Positions 20,295 through 30,150 of a stretch of 64,000 bases of DNA are shown here, piece after piece. The notes under the pieces are model-generated. The model was not told where the DNA came from. It saw only the letters and a program-made list of their open reading frames with translations, and did no database searches. The position numbers and the translations under genes are program-made. The stretch is from an uncultured delta proteobacterium. GTDB taxonomy: Bacteria > Myxococcota_A > Polyangia > Fen-1088. The stretch is taken from positions 1,536,001-1,600,000 of the forward strand of contig CAVYGB010000010.1 of the NCBI GenBank assembly GCA_963767925.1, given 5' to 3'. The stretch's first letter is position 1, and every line of letters begins with the position of its first letter.

Positions 20295-21203
20295 GTGGCA
20301 TCCCGCGCTAAGCTGCGGGGGTTGGCCACCCCTGCCGCCCTGCCGTTGCTTCCCCTGCGCGAACGAACGCTCGGCGGGACCGGTGCGACGGTGCTGCCGG
20401 TCTCGCTCGGCGGCGAAGGGGCGCTGCGCACGACCGGGCAGGCCCGCAAGGCGGTGCCGGTGATCCTCGAGGCGCTCGAGCTCGGCGTGCGTTACTGCGA
20501 CACGGCCCCGGCCTACCAGCAGAGCCAGGACTACTACGGCGAGGCCTTCCGTCAGGCGGGGCCCGGCGCGCGCGAGCGGGTGTTCCTGGCGTCCAAGACC
20601 CACGAGCGTACCCGTGACCGGGCGCTGCGCCTGCTCGACGACAGCCTGCGCCGGCTGGGGACGACCTGGCTCGACCTGTGGCAGATGCACGACCTGCGGG
20701 ACGCCGACGAGCTCGACGTCCTGTTCGGCAAGGGCGGCGCGCTCGAAGCGGCGGTGGCCGCCAGGGCCGACGGCCGAATCCGGTTCATCGGCCTGACCGG
20801 ACACCACGATCCGGAGATCCTGCTGGAGGCCATGCGCCGTCACCCCTTCGACAGCGTCCTGGTGGCGGTCAACCCGGCCGACCCCCGCCGCTTGCCCTTC
20901 ATCCCGACTGTCGTCGCCGAGGCGCGCCGGCGCGGCATGGGGGTGGTCGGCATGAAGGTCCTCGCCGCCGGCCAGCTCGTCGAGGCGGCCCCGGCGGCCG
21001 AGCTGATCCGCTACGCCGCCTCGCTCGCCGACACCGTGATCATCGGCTGCTCGACGCCGGAGCAGGTGCGCGAGAACCTGGCGGTCGGCGCGGCCTTCAC
21101 CCCGCTGTCCGAGGCGGAGATGCGCGACCTCGAGCGTCGGGTGGCCCCCGGCGCCTCCCGCTACGACTACTTCAAGCGCGACGGACTGACCCGGCGCGTT
21201 TGA
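20295..21203 (+). CDS. Aldo/keto reductase
   Basis: DTAPAY, FLASKT, SLRRLGTTWLDLWQMH, RFIGLTGH, GMKVLAAG. Confidence 0.92.
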   Translation: MASRAKLRGLATPAALPLLPLRERTLGGTGATVLPVSLGGEGALRTTGQARKAVPVILEALELGVRYCDTAPAYQQSQDYYGEAFRQAGPGARERVFLASKTHERTRDRALRLLDDSLRRLGTTWLDLWQMHDLRDADELDVLFGKGGALEAAVAARADGRIRFIGLTGHHDPEILLEAMRRHPFDSVLVAVNPADPRRLPFIPTVVAEARRRGMGVVGMKVLAAGQLVEAAPAAELIRYAASLADTVIIGCSTPEQVRENLAVGAAFTPLSEAEMRDLERRVAPGASRYDYFKRDGLTRRV

Positions 21204-21272
21204 CGGCCCTCGCCGTGGCGAATAATCGGGCCTGCTGGCAATACGCGCGTGGTTCCCTCGGTCCGCGGTAGC

Positions 21273-22898
21273 ATGCCCAAACCGGTGAGCGAAGCACCCG
21301 CCCGGCCCCTGCCCGCCTTCACCACGTGCGTCCGCGCGTTCGAGGACGAGTTCGACTACGTCTACCGCGCGCTCCGCCGCCATGGCGTCGGCCCCACCGA
21401 CGCCGAGGACCTGGCCCAGGAGGTCTTCCTCGTCATGTGGCGGCGCTGGGCGGACTACGACCGCGCGCGCCCCCTGCGCCCCTGGCTGGCGGGGATCGCC
21501 TTCCGTCTGGCCCACAACCACCGGCAGCGCCGGGCGCGCGAGAGCCTGCGCGAGGTGCTCGAGGTCGTCGACGATCTGCCCGGCCCCGAAGAGGCGCTCT
21601 CCTCGCGCCGTGCCCGCACGCTGGTGCTGGAGGTGCTGGCCCGGCTGCCGGAGCGCCACCGCGCCGCCGTCGTGCTGTGCGACCTCGACGGCCTGCCGAT
21701 GCCGGAGATCGCCGCCCTGCTGGGCATCCCGCTCGCCACCGCCTATACCCGCGTGCGCCGCGCCCGCCAGGCCTTCGCCGCCGAGGTGACCCGCGAGGAC
21801 CTCGCCGGTCCGGCGGCGCGCCCGCTGTTCGGGGGCGCGGCCGCCCTGCTGGAGATCGAACGCCCGCCTCCGCCCGCGCCCACTCTGGCCCGCCGCCGGG
21901 CCCAGGCCCGCGTGGCGGCGCTGGCCTTCCGCCCGCCCGCCCGCGAGCGCGCCGGCGGGAGCGAAGGCGGCGCCCCCGCCTGGCCACTGGCCGGCCTGCC
22001 GATCGAGGTCGCGCTGTGCGGGGCGCTGGCCTTGCTGGGCGCCCTCCCCTGGCTGCCGGCCGCCGCGCCCCTCGCCGAGGCCGGGACTGGCCCGCACCTG
22101 CTGGCCACCGCCTCATTCCTGGGCGACGGCGGCCCCGAGCGCCTCCCGCACCCGCCCGAGCGCCTCCGCCCGCCGATGTTCGCGCGGGACGCGCCCTCCC
22201 CGACCGCGGTGGCGGCGCCGCCCAGCCTGGCCGAGGGGATGGCGGGCTACTGGCGCTTCGACGACGGCCGGAGCGCGACCTACGCCCGCGACCTGTCGGG
22301 CCGGGGCAACGACTGCCGCCTGCGCCGGCTCGATCCGCTGCGGGCGTGGACCGGCGGCGTCCACGGGGGCGCCATCGACCTGCGCGGGCACGGCTACCTC
22401 GAGTGCCGCCAGCACCAGATCCCCGCCGGTCTGCCCGATCAGCTCACGGTGGCGGTCTGGGTGAACCGCGCCCAGGTGACCCACTACCACGCCGCCTTCG
22501 TCACCCGGGAGCTCGCCCCCAACGATCGCGACGACTACTTCTTCGGCTTCCGGGGCCAGGACCTCAAGGTCAGCAGCTCCGCCTGGTCGACCCAGACGGT
22601 GGGCCGCTTCACCGGCGCCCCGGGGAGCTGGAACCACGTCGCCTTCACCCACCACCCCGACGGCACCACCGTGCTCTACCTCGACGGCCGCGAGATCGCC
22701 CGCGAGCAGAGCCGCCCCCGCAGCATGCCCCGGGGCGGGCGCCGCCTGCTGATCGGCGCGGGGCACGCCACGAACACCTCCAGCCTCGGCCAGGACTTCG
22801 ACGGCCTCCTCGACGAGCTGCTCGTCTACGACCGCCCCCTCGCCCCCGAAGAGATCGCCGCCCTCGCCGCCGGCGCGCAGCCGCCGCTGTCGCTCTGA
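21273..22898 (+). CDS. ECF sigma-70 factor fused to a hydrophobic helix and a LamG/concanavalin A-like domain
   Basis: Region 2 (DAEDLAQEVF, RPWLAGIA); region 4 (LPERHR, EIAALLGIPLATAYTRVRRAR); LamG-like GYWRFDDG, WNHVAFT, LYLDG, FDGLLDELLVYDRPL, all in one frame. Confidence 0.85.
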   Translation: MPKPVSEAPARPLPAFTTCVRAFEDEFDYVYRALRRHGVGPTDAEDLAQEVFLVMWRRWADYDRARPLRPWLAGIAFRLAHNHRQRRARESLREVLEVVDDLPGPEEALSSRRARTLVLEVLARLPERHRAAVVLCDLDGLPMPEIAALLGIPLATAYTRVRRARQAFAAEVTREDLAGPAARPLFGGAAALLEIERPPPPAPTLARRRAQARVAALAFRPPARERAGGSEGGAPAWPLAGLPIEVALCGALALLGALPWLPAAAPLAEAGTGPHLLATASFLGDGGPERLPHPPERLRPPMFARDAPSPTAVAAPPSLAEGMAGYWRFDDGRSATYARDLSGRGNDCRLRRLDPLRAWTGGVHGGAIDLRGHGYLECRQHQIPAGLPDQLTVAVWVNRAQVTHYHAAFVTRELAPNDRDDYFFGFRGQDLKVSSSAWSTQTVGRFTGAPGSWNHVAFTHHPDGTTVLYLDGREIAREQSRPRSMPRGGRRLLIGAGHATNTSSLGQDFDGLLDELLVYDRPLAPEEIAALAAGAQPPLSL

Positions 22899-22923
22899 CT
22901 CGTGCACCGCCGCGGGCGGCGCG

Positions 22924-23778
22924 CTAAAGCCGCAGGTTGTCGATGAGGCGGGTCTTCCCGACGAACACCGCGACGAGCATCACCGCCGGGCGGTCCACCG
23001 TCTCGAGCGGCTCGAGCCGCTCGCTCTCCCGGATCTCGACGTAGTCGATGCGGTCCACCTCGGGCGCGATGGTCGCCGTCGCCTGATCGACCAGCGCCTG
23101 AACCCGGCGCTCACCGCTGGCCACCGCCGCCCGGGCGCCCTGCAGCGCCCGGTGCAGCACCGCCGCCCGCGCCCGATCGGGCGGCGAGAGGTAGGCGTTG
23201 CGCGAGGACATCGCCAGGCCGTCCAGCTCGCGCACCGTGGGCGATCCGACAACCTCGACCCCGAGATTGAGATCGGCGGACATCTGCCGCACCACCGCGA
23301 GCTGCTGGAAATCCTTCTCGCCGAACAGGGCGAGGTCCGGGCGCACGATCAGGAACAGCTTCGCCACAACCGTGGCCACCCCCACGAAGTGCCCCGGGCG
23401 GCGCTCGCCGCACAGCCCCTGGCTCAGGCCGCGCACCTCGACGAAGGTCTGGTACCCCGCCGGGTACATGTCCGCCGCCTCGGGCACGAAGGCCACGTCG
23501 ACGCCCGCCCCCGCCGCCAGCGCGAGGTCCTGGGGCAGCGTGCGCGGGTACTTGGCGAGGTCCTCCTGGGGGCCGAACTGCGTCGGATTGACGAAGACCG
23601 ACAGCACCAGCGCCTGCCCGCGCCGCCGCCCTTCCTCCAGCAGCGCCACGTGCCCGGCGTGCAGCGCGCCCATGGTGGGGACGAAAACGATTCGATCCCC
23701 GCGCGCCCGCGCCGCCGCCGACCAGGCGGTCATCTCGTGGGGGCGGTGCAGGACCAGCGGGCGAGCGGGTGCGTTCAA
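22924..23778 (-). CDS. panC: Pantoate--beta-alanine ligase
   Basis: FVPTMGALHAGH, SVFVNPTQF, RPGHF, FGEKDFQQ, DGLAMSSRN, RLIDN; start codon uncertain (TTG 23778 or ATG 23733). Confidence 0.97.
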   Translation of the reverse strand: MNAPARPLVLHRPHEMTAWSAAARARGDRIVFVPTMGALHAGHVALLEEGRRRGQALVLSVFVNPTQFGPQEDLAKYPRTLPQDLALAAGAGVDVAFVPEAADMYPAGYQTFVEVRGLSQGLCGERRPGHFVGVATVVAKLFLIVRPDLALFGEKDFQQLAVVRQMSADLNLGVEVVGSPTVRELDGLAMSSRNAYLSPPDRARAAVLHRALQGARAAVASGERRVQALVDQATATIAPEVDRIDYVEIRESERLEPLETVDRPAVMLVAVFVGKTRLIDNLRL

Positions 23779-23926
23779 GGTCGTGGCTCCGCGACTCAGA
23801 CTACCCGCGTTGCCCGGCGGTTTCGAGGGGCCGCGCCGAGGGAAAAACCAAAGATCCGGCCCCGAGCGGCCAATTGTTCGGTACCAGCCACCGCGCGACG
23901 CCGCGCACCCGACAGGAGATTCGACG

Positions 23927-25066
23927 ATGACCCGCTTTTCTCTGCCTCTCCCGACCGCCTTCTTGACCACCACCGCCCTGCTGCTGGCCGGCTGCACCGC
24001 CTCCGCGCCCCCCGCCGAATCCGGCACGGGAGGCTCGGGCGGCGCCGGTGGCGCCCCCACGGCCGGCCGGGGCAACCCCAGCGTGGGCGGCTCCGGCGGT
24101 GGCGGGGGATCGGGCGGCAGCGCCCCGACCGCCGGCAGCGGCGGCAGCCCCGGCACCGCCGGATCGGGCGGCAGCGGCGGCAGCCCGCCCCCCGCCAGCC
24201 GTGACGGCGGCGCCCCCGCCGACGGCCGTCCTGGCGACGGCCGTCCCGGCGACGCCCCGCCCTCGGGCATGGCCCCGGTCGGCATGGTCGGCGCGACCGC
24301 CTGCCTCAACGCCGACGGCACCGGCGGCCTGGCCACCTACGCCCTCATCGACAGCGTGCTCGGCGAACGGGCGGTCGAGCACAACCCGGACGTCGACCAC
24401 ACCCCCCCGTTCGAGCACGTGAAGGAAGACACCGACGCCGAGGTCGGCCCCCACTTCGTGTTTTACGCCCACTACCCCCAGGACAACGACGGCGCCCCCG
24501 GCGACGACCGCTCGCGCGTCGAGATCAAGGTCAACAACGGCGCCGCCGCCGCCCTCAAGGGCCTGGTCGGCGACACCATGACCTATAGCTGGCGGTTCAA
24601 GATGGACGCCGGGATGCAGTTTTCCAACCGCTTCACCCACCTGCACCAGATCAAGTCCTACGGGGGCAACGAGGGCGCGCCCGTCATCACCATCACCGCC
24701 ACGGCCGCCAACGGGAACACCAACGAAAACCTGCGGGTCGATCACTGGGGCGACGGCACCGAGACCACCACCCTGGCCCGGGTGCCGTTGACCGGCCTCA
24801 AGGGCGTATGGCTCGAGGTCACCGAGCGCATCCTTGTCGCCGACAACGGCTCGATCACCCTCACCATCAAGAAGCCCGACGGCACCACCGTCGTCAACGT
24901 GACCCGCGCCGGCCTCGACTTCTGGCGCCAGGGCGACTACATCCGCGGCAAGTGGGGCATCTACCGAGGCAAAGACGACCAGCTCCGCACCGGCGAGGAC
25001 ACCGTCCGCTTCGCCAACTTCTCCATCACCAAGGGCACCGCCGCCCCCACCAGCACCTGCCGGTGA
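23927..25066 (+). CDS. Lipoprotein with polysaccharide lyase-like (heparinase I-like jelly-roll) domain
   Basis: AGGAG RBS; lipobox LLAGC; Gly/Ser linker; motifs DRSRVEIK, FTHLHQIK, RGKWGIYR. Confidence 0.75.
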   Translation: MTRFSLPLPTAFLTTTALLLAGCTASAPPAESGTGGSGGAGGAPTAGRGNPSVGGSGGGGGSGGSAPTAGSGGSPGTAGSGGSGGSPPPASRDGGAPADGRPGDGRPGDAPPSGMAPVGMVGATACLNADGTGGLATYALIDSVLGERAVEHNPDVDHTPPFEHVKEDTDAEVGPHFVFYAHYPQDNDGAPGDDRSRVEIKVNNGAAAALKGLVGDTMTYSWRFKMDAGMQFSNRFTHLHQIKSYGGNEGAPVITITATAANGNTNENLRVDHWGDGTETTTLARVPLTGLKGVWLEVTERILVADNGSITLTIKKPDGTTVVNVTRAGLDFWRQGDYIRGKWGIYRGKDDQLRTGEDTVRFANFSITKGTAAPTSTCR

Positions 25067-25292
25067 TAGCACCTCCGGCCTGACACCCCGGCGCCGAGCC
25101 CCATTCCGTTCCACGCAAGCTGAGCCGCGCGGCGGCACCGGCGCCCCCAAACTGGTGGCGCGCGCGACACCTCGTGGCTCGAGCTCCTTAGCCTGCGCAG
25201 GCGGGAGGGGGGCCTGTCGGTGCGGCGCCCGCTTTTGCTGGCGGTCGTGGCGCGACTCGGAGGCGGCGGCCAGATCCGGGTGGTGTGGCAGC

Positions 25293-26290
25293 ATGGACGG
25301 CTCGTCGGTGGCTGAGGTGTGGCCGCGCCTGCGGCGGGGGCTGCAGGGCCTGGCCGCCTGGGTGGGCAGCGGGCCGCAGGCGGTTGTCGAGGGGCGCTCG
25401 GGGAACGCCTGCGGGACGCGCGGCTACCGCCTGCATCGGCCTTGTGGGCGTCACCTCGGCCGCCGGCCGCTCGTCGTCATGTTGCACGGGTGCCGGCAGG
25501 ACCCGGGCGACTTCGCGGCGGGCACCTGCATGCATGCACGGGGCAAGGGGCGGGGCTGCTTCGTGCTTTACCCGGGGCAGGACCGACGGGCCAATCCCCA
25601 GGGGGTGCTGGAACTGGTTCGAGGTTGCGCACCAGGACCGCGATGGGGACGAGCCGTCGATCCTCGCCGACATGGTCCGCGAGGTCATCGCGGGGCCACC
25701 CCATCGACCCGGGGCGGGTCTATGTGGCCGGGCTCTCGGCGGGCGGCGCGATGGCCGCCATCCTCGCGGCGACCCACCCCGAGCTCTTCGCCGCGGTCGG
25801 CATCCATTCCGGCCTGCCGCGGGCGGTGGCGTCGAGCCTCACCTCGGCCCTCATCGTGATGAAGCGCGGGCCCGCGAGGCGCGGGGTCCGATCGATCAGG
25901 AGGCCGGGAGCCACGATCCCGACCATCGTATTCCACGGGGACCAGGACGAGACCGTCCACCCCCGAACGGCGAGGCGTTCCTGGTGCGTCCTCGCGCGAT
26001 TCATCTCGGCGCCGAGGGGTCGACCCCGGCCTCCGCGCGCACGATCCGCGGAGTGGTTCCCGGCGGGCGGGCCTACACGCACCCTGCACCTCGACGCCAG
26101 CGGCCGGGTCGACGCCGAGCACTGGCTGATCCACGGCAGCGGCCACGCCTGGTCCGGCGGCGACCCGGCTGGCTCGTACACCGACCGGCTGGGACCCGAC
26201 GCTTCGACCGAGATGCTGCGCTTCTTCACGGAGCACGCGCGGGGACGGTGCCGGCTCCACCGGCTTCGCCTGGCCGCCAGGCAGCCGTGA
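25293..26290 (+). pseudogene. PHB depolymerase/LpqC-family esterase, frameshifted
   Basis: Motifs PLVVMLHGC, CWNWF, VAGLSAGG, VFHGDQD and GHAWSGG are spread over three frames (shifts near 25605, 25695, 25965, 26075). Confidence 0.8.
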
Positions 26291-26299
26291 CCCGCCTTT

Positions 26300-27118
26300 C
26301 TAGCGGAACGATTCGTCGGTCGAGGGGAAAGTCCCCGCGCGGACGTCGGCGGCGTAGGCGGCGAAGGCCTTCTCGGCCTCCTTGCCCAGCTCGGCGTAGC
26401 GGCGGACGAAGCGGGGGGACCAGCCGGGGTCCAGGCCCAGCACGTCGTGCATCACCAGCACCTGGCCGTCGCAGCCGGGGCCGGCCCCGATACCGATGGT
26501 GGGGGGCGCCACCGCCGCCGTCACCTCGGCCCCCAGCGACGCCGGCATCCCTTCGAGCACCATGGCGTAGACGCCGGCGTCGGCCAGCGCGCGCGCGCCC
26601 GCCAGGATCTTGGCCCGCTGCGGGTCGGTCTTGCCCTGCACCTTGAAACCGCCGAGCTGGTGAAACGACTGCGGCGTGAGCCCCACGTGACCCATCACGG
26701 GGATGCCCACCGCCACCAGCCGCGCGACGAGCCCCGCCATCTCCTCGCCCCCCTCCAGCTTCACCGATTCGGCCCCGCTCTCCTTGAGCACGCGCCCAGC
26801 CGCGCGCAGCCCGTCCTCGACCGAGGCCTGGTAGCTCATGAAGGGCAGGTCCACCACCACGTGGGCCCGCACCACCCCGCGTACCACGGCCCGCGCGTGG
26901 TAGATCATCTCGTCGAGCGTCACCGGCAAAGTTGTTGTCTGCCCCTGGACGACCATGCCCAGGCTGTCGCCCACCAGCACCACATCGACGCCGGCCCGGT
27001 CGGCCAGCCGGGCGAAGGCCACGTCGTAGGCGGTGAGCACGACGATCTTCTCGCCGAGCCCCTTGCGCGCCCGGAGCTGGCCCGCGGTGATCTTCTCTCC
27101 TGTGGTTTTTTCCGCCAT
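26300..27118 (-). CDS. panB: 3-methyl-2-oxobutanoate hydroxymethyltransferase
   Basis: LTAYD, LVGDSLGM, DLPFMSY, VKLEGG, GHVGLTPQ, IGIGAG. Confidence 0.98.
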   Translation of the reverse strand: MAEKTTGEKITAGQLRARKGLGEKIVVLTAYDVAFARLADRAGVDVVLVGDSLGMVVQGQTTTLPVTLDEMIYHARAVVRGVVRAHVVVDLPFMSYQASVEDGLRAAGRVLKESGAESVKLEGGEEMAGLVARLVAVGIPVMGHVGLTPQSFHQLGGFKVQGKTDPQRAKILAGARALADAGVYAMVLEGMPASLGAEVTAAVAPPTIGIGAGPGCDGQVLVMHDVLGLDPGWSPRFVRRYAELGKEAEKAFAAYAADVRAGTFPSTDESFR

Positions 27119-27119
27119 G

Positions 27120-27761
27120 TCAGCCCCGGCTCCAGTGGTTGATGCCCGCCCGGGTGCGACGGACCACGTCGACCAGGGCGCGCCGATCCTCCCCGCTGGT
27201 CACGAAGTCGATGTCCGACACGTTCGCGATCAGCAGCGGACTGTCCGTGTAGTTGAAGAAGAACCCAGCATACGCCTCTGCCACCCGGCGGACGTAGTCC
27301 GGCTCGATGGGCGCCTCCTCGCGCCGGCCCCGCCGGCCGATGCGATCGATCAGCACCTCGGTGCGGGCCTGCAGGTAGACCACCAGATCCGGCGCCACCG
27401 CCCGCGGCGCCAGCGCCTGGTAGATGCGGTCGTAGAGCTGCAGCTCGTCGGCCGTCAGGTTCAGGCTGGCGAACAGCCGGTCCTTGGCGAACAGGTAGTC
27501 GGAGACCACCCCCCCCTGGGCGAACAGGTTCTCCTGGGCCAGCTCGGCCTGCTGGGTGTACCGCTGGAGCAGGAAATAGAGCTGCACCTGCAGGGCGTAG
27601 CGCTGCGGGTCCTTGTAGAAGGCGGCGAAGAAGGGGTTCTCCTCGGGCTGCTCCTCCACCAGGCGCGCCTGCAGGTCCTCGGCGAGGATGCGGGCCAGGG
27701 TCGACTTGCCCGCGCCGATGGGACCCTCGACGGCGATGAAGCGCGGTCGCTCCTTCCTCAT
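27120..27761 (-). CDS. Deoxynucleoside kinase
   Basis: IAVEGPIGAGKST P-loop; ENPF; PDLVVYLQA; typical position just upstream of panB. Confidence 0.93.
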   Translation of the reverse strand: MRKERPRFIAVEGPIGAGKSTLARILAEDLQARLVEEQPEENPFFAAFYKDPQRYALQVQLYFLLQRYTQQAELAQENLFAQGGVVSDYLFAKDRLFASLNLTADELQLYDRIYQALAPRAVAPDLVVYLQARTEVLIDRIGRRGRREEAPIEPDYVRRVAEAYAGFFFNYTDSPLLIANVSDIDFVTSGEDRRALVDVVRRTRAGINHWSRG

Positions 27762-27811
27762 CGCAGCTGCCTCATCGCCGCTGCCTCATCGCAACTGCCT
27801 CCGCGACGCGG

Positions 27812-29080
27812 TCACGGCGCCGCCCCCGGCGCCCGCGCCGGCGCGGGGTGGAGCAGCATCTCGAAGCGGGCGTGGGTGGGCGCGGCCCGGGCCGGCCGGG
27901 GAAACCGCACCGCCCGCTTGAGCCGCTGCTCGAGGCAGGCCGGCACCTCGCCCCAGCCCGCCGGCGTCTCCGTCTCCACCCGGCGCAGGCCGCCCCGCTC
28001 GTCGATGGTGAGCTGCAGCCGCAGGCGCACGGTGGACCCGGTCAGCGGCGGCGCCGTCTCGAAGCAGGGCTCGAGGGCCTGCGTCTGTCCCTTGAGGGCG
28101 GCGTCCAGCAGGGGCGCCGGCAGCGGGCCATCGGCCTTCAGGGTGGCCGCCCCGATCACGCGCAGGGGCCCCGCCGCCGGCGGCAGGACGCCCTCGGGGG
28201 CCGGCGGCCCCCCGGCCAGCGCCCGCAGGTGGGCCTGCGCCCGGGCCAGGAACCGCGAGCGCGGGACCTCCTGGGCGAAGCGCCGGAAGGCCTCGATCGC
28301 CTCCTCCCGCCGGGCCAGCACCCGCAGGGCCAGGCCCCGGTAGTAGTGCAGGTCCCCGGGCGGCACGAAGAACACGTCGCCGCTGCCGCCCTCCGGATCG
28401 AGCAGCCGCAGCCGGGGATCGAGCGAGGCGGCCCGGGCGATCGCCTCGCGCGCGGCCACCTCCTGGTCGTCGCGGTCGAGCGCCACCCCCAGCCCGTACA
28501 GCCCCAGGGCCAGCCCCTCGTCGCGCTGCCGCCCGGTGGGCGCGCGCTCCTCGAGCCGGATCGCCTCGCGGTAACGGCCGGCCGCCTCGCCCAGCCGTCC
28601 CAGCGCCATGAGGATCTCGCCCGAGTTCGTGTAGGCGATGGCCTGGGGGGTGCCCGAGCGCAGGTGCCGGTCGTAGCTGGCCAGCGCCTGGTCCAGGCGG
28701 CCCCCCCGCGCCTCCTCCACCGCCAGCCGGAGGGTGCAGGTGCTCTCCTCCTCCGACGACTCGGCCAGGTTGCAGGCCCGCCCGAGGGCTCCGATGGCCT
28801 CGGCCGCCCGGCCCTGCAGGACCAGGGCGTCCCCGCGCAGGAAGCTGGCCGCGAAGTGGCGCGGCTTGCGGCGCAGCGCCTCGGCCAGCATGGCCTCCGC
28901 CCGGGCGGCGTTCTCCCGACCGGGGCCCCCCGCCACGCTCCGGTCGAGCTCGGTCCGGGCCCGGGCCACGAGCTGATCGACGACCGCGCCGTCCGGGTCG
29001 GCCACCCGTTCCCAGAACCCGGGGGCCGCCGCGGCCGGGCCCGAGAGCAGCAAGATCTGCGCACAAGCCGCGACGCGCAC
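27812..29080 (-). CDS. Secreted tetratricopeptide-repeat protein with a C-terminal alpha/beta domain
   Basis: Several TPR-like helical repeats (AYTNSGEILMALGRLGEAAGRY); C-terminal C...C...RFP pattern resembling TonB-C/AgmX-type domains. Confidence 0.75.
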   Translation of the reverse strand: MRVAACAQILLLSGPAAAAPGFWERVADPDGAVVDQLVARARTELDRSVAGGPGRENAARAEAMLAEALRRKPRHFAASFLRGDALVLQGRAAEAIGALGRACNLAESSEEESTCTLRLAVEEARGGRLDQALASYDRHLRSGTPQAIAYTNSGEILMALGRLGEAAGRYREAIRLEERAPTGRQRDEGLALGLYGLGVALDRDDQEVAAREAIARAASLDPRLRLLDPEGGSGDVFFVPPGDLHYYRGLALRVLARREEAIEAFRRFAQEVPRSRFLARAQAHLRALAGGPPAPEGVLPPAAGPLRVIGAATLKADGPLPAPLLDAALKGQTQALEPCFETAPPLTGSTVRLRLQLTIDERGGLRRVETETPAGWGEVPACLEQRLKRAVRFPRPARAAPTHARFEMLLHPAPARAPGAAP

Positions 29081-29318
29081 GCCCGGATCCTAGGACCGCG
29101 CCGCGCCTCCGTCGAGCCGTTTGTCGCGCGTCGTTTGGCTCGGATCAGCCGGCCGCGGCCGCCCGCTGGTCTGTGGGCGGGTGGGCTCAAGTTCCGGAGG
29201 GGCAGTTCCGATGAATGGGCCGCCCCGGCGTTCGGGGGTTCCGGCGGCGCCTGCGGGCGGCGCCGCAACCCCGGCGGTCGACCGCCAGCCTCGGGGTGGC
29301 CAACCCATCCCGCAGACA

Positions 29319-30137
29319 ATGTTGACCCCGGACGAGCGCGCCCGCACCCTCACCTACCTACACGCGCTGAGGCGCAAGGAGGGTGGATACGCCGATCAGC
29401 CGGCCAACGACCGCTCCGGCCTGCAGCACACGGTCAATGTCTGGAAGGCGATGCGGCTGCTCGACGAGAGCGTCGAGGACGTCCGCGGCACCCTCTCGTA
29501 CGTGCACCGCTGCTTCGACCCGGGCAGCGGCGGGTTCGGTGAGCGCCCGGACGTGGCCGCCACCGTGCTGTCGACCGCGCTGGCCCTCATCCTGCTGCGC
29601 GGCCTCGACGACGCCGGCGCCCTGGCCGAGTGGAGCCGGCCCGCGGCCAGCTTCCTCGGCACCCAGGCCCGCTCGGCGATGGACCACTTCCTCGTGGTGG
29701 CCGCCCACCAGGAGAGCCGCCTGAGCGGGCCCGCCCCCGCGACCTCGCTGGAGTTCTTCCGCGCGCGCCGGCTGCCCGACGGCACCTTCGGCGACAGCGC
29801 CTTCGCCAACGCCATCGCCTGCTGCGGGCTGCTGCGAGCCCGGGCCAAGCTCCCCCACCCCGCCCCGGTGGTGGGCCGCCTGCTGCGCGCCCAGACCAGC
29901 GAGGGGGGCTTCGCCGATCTCACCGGCCCGCCCGACCTGCTCACCACCTACGCCGCCACCCAGGCCCTCGGCCTGCTGTCGCCGGACCCGCCGGCCTTCG
30001 ACGGGGCCGCGCTACGGCGCTACGTCCTCGCCTTGCGCCGGCCCGAGGGCGGGTTCGCCATGAGCCCGGGCGCGCCCGCCAGCGCGGGGGCCACCTACCA
30101 GGCCCTCTCCGTGCTCGCCGGCCAGGCCCCCTGCTGA
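29319..30137 (+). CDS. Prenyltransferase/squalene cyclase repeat protein
   Basis: Repeated xGGF/Y motifs (EGGYA, SGGFG, DGTFG, EGGFA twice) followed by TY-x-A helices; start uncertain. Confidence 0.75.
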   Translation: MLTPDERARTLTYLHALRRKEGGYADQPANDRSGLQHTVNVWKAMRLLDESVEDVRGTLSYVHRCFDPGSGGFGERPDVAATVLSTALALILLRGLDDAGALAEWSRPAASFLGTQARSAMDHFLVVAAHQESRLSGPAPATSLEFFRARRLPDGTFGDSAFANAIACCGLLRARAKLPHPAPVVGRLLRAQTSEGGFADLTGPPDLLTTYAATQALGLLSPDPPAFDGAALRRYVLALRRPEGGFAMSPGAPASAGATYQALSVLAGQAPC

Positions 30138-30150
30138 CGACCGCCGAGCG

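Noticed and set aside
22924..25066. 470-aa PanC and 622-aa lyase ORFs with long N-terminal extensions
   Set aside because: Each extension is the antisense of the other gene; credible starts are near 23778 and at 23927 (RBS and lipobox)
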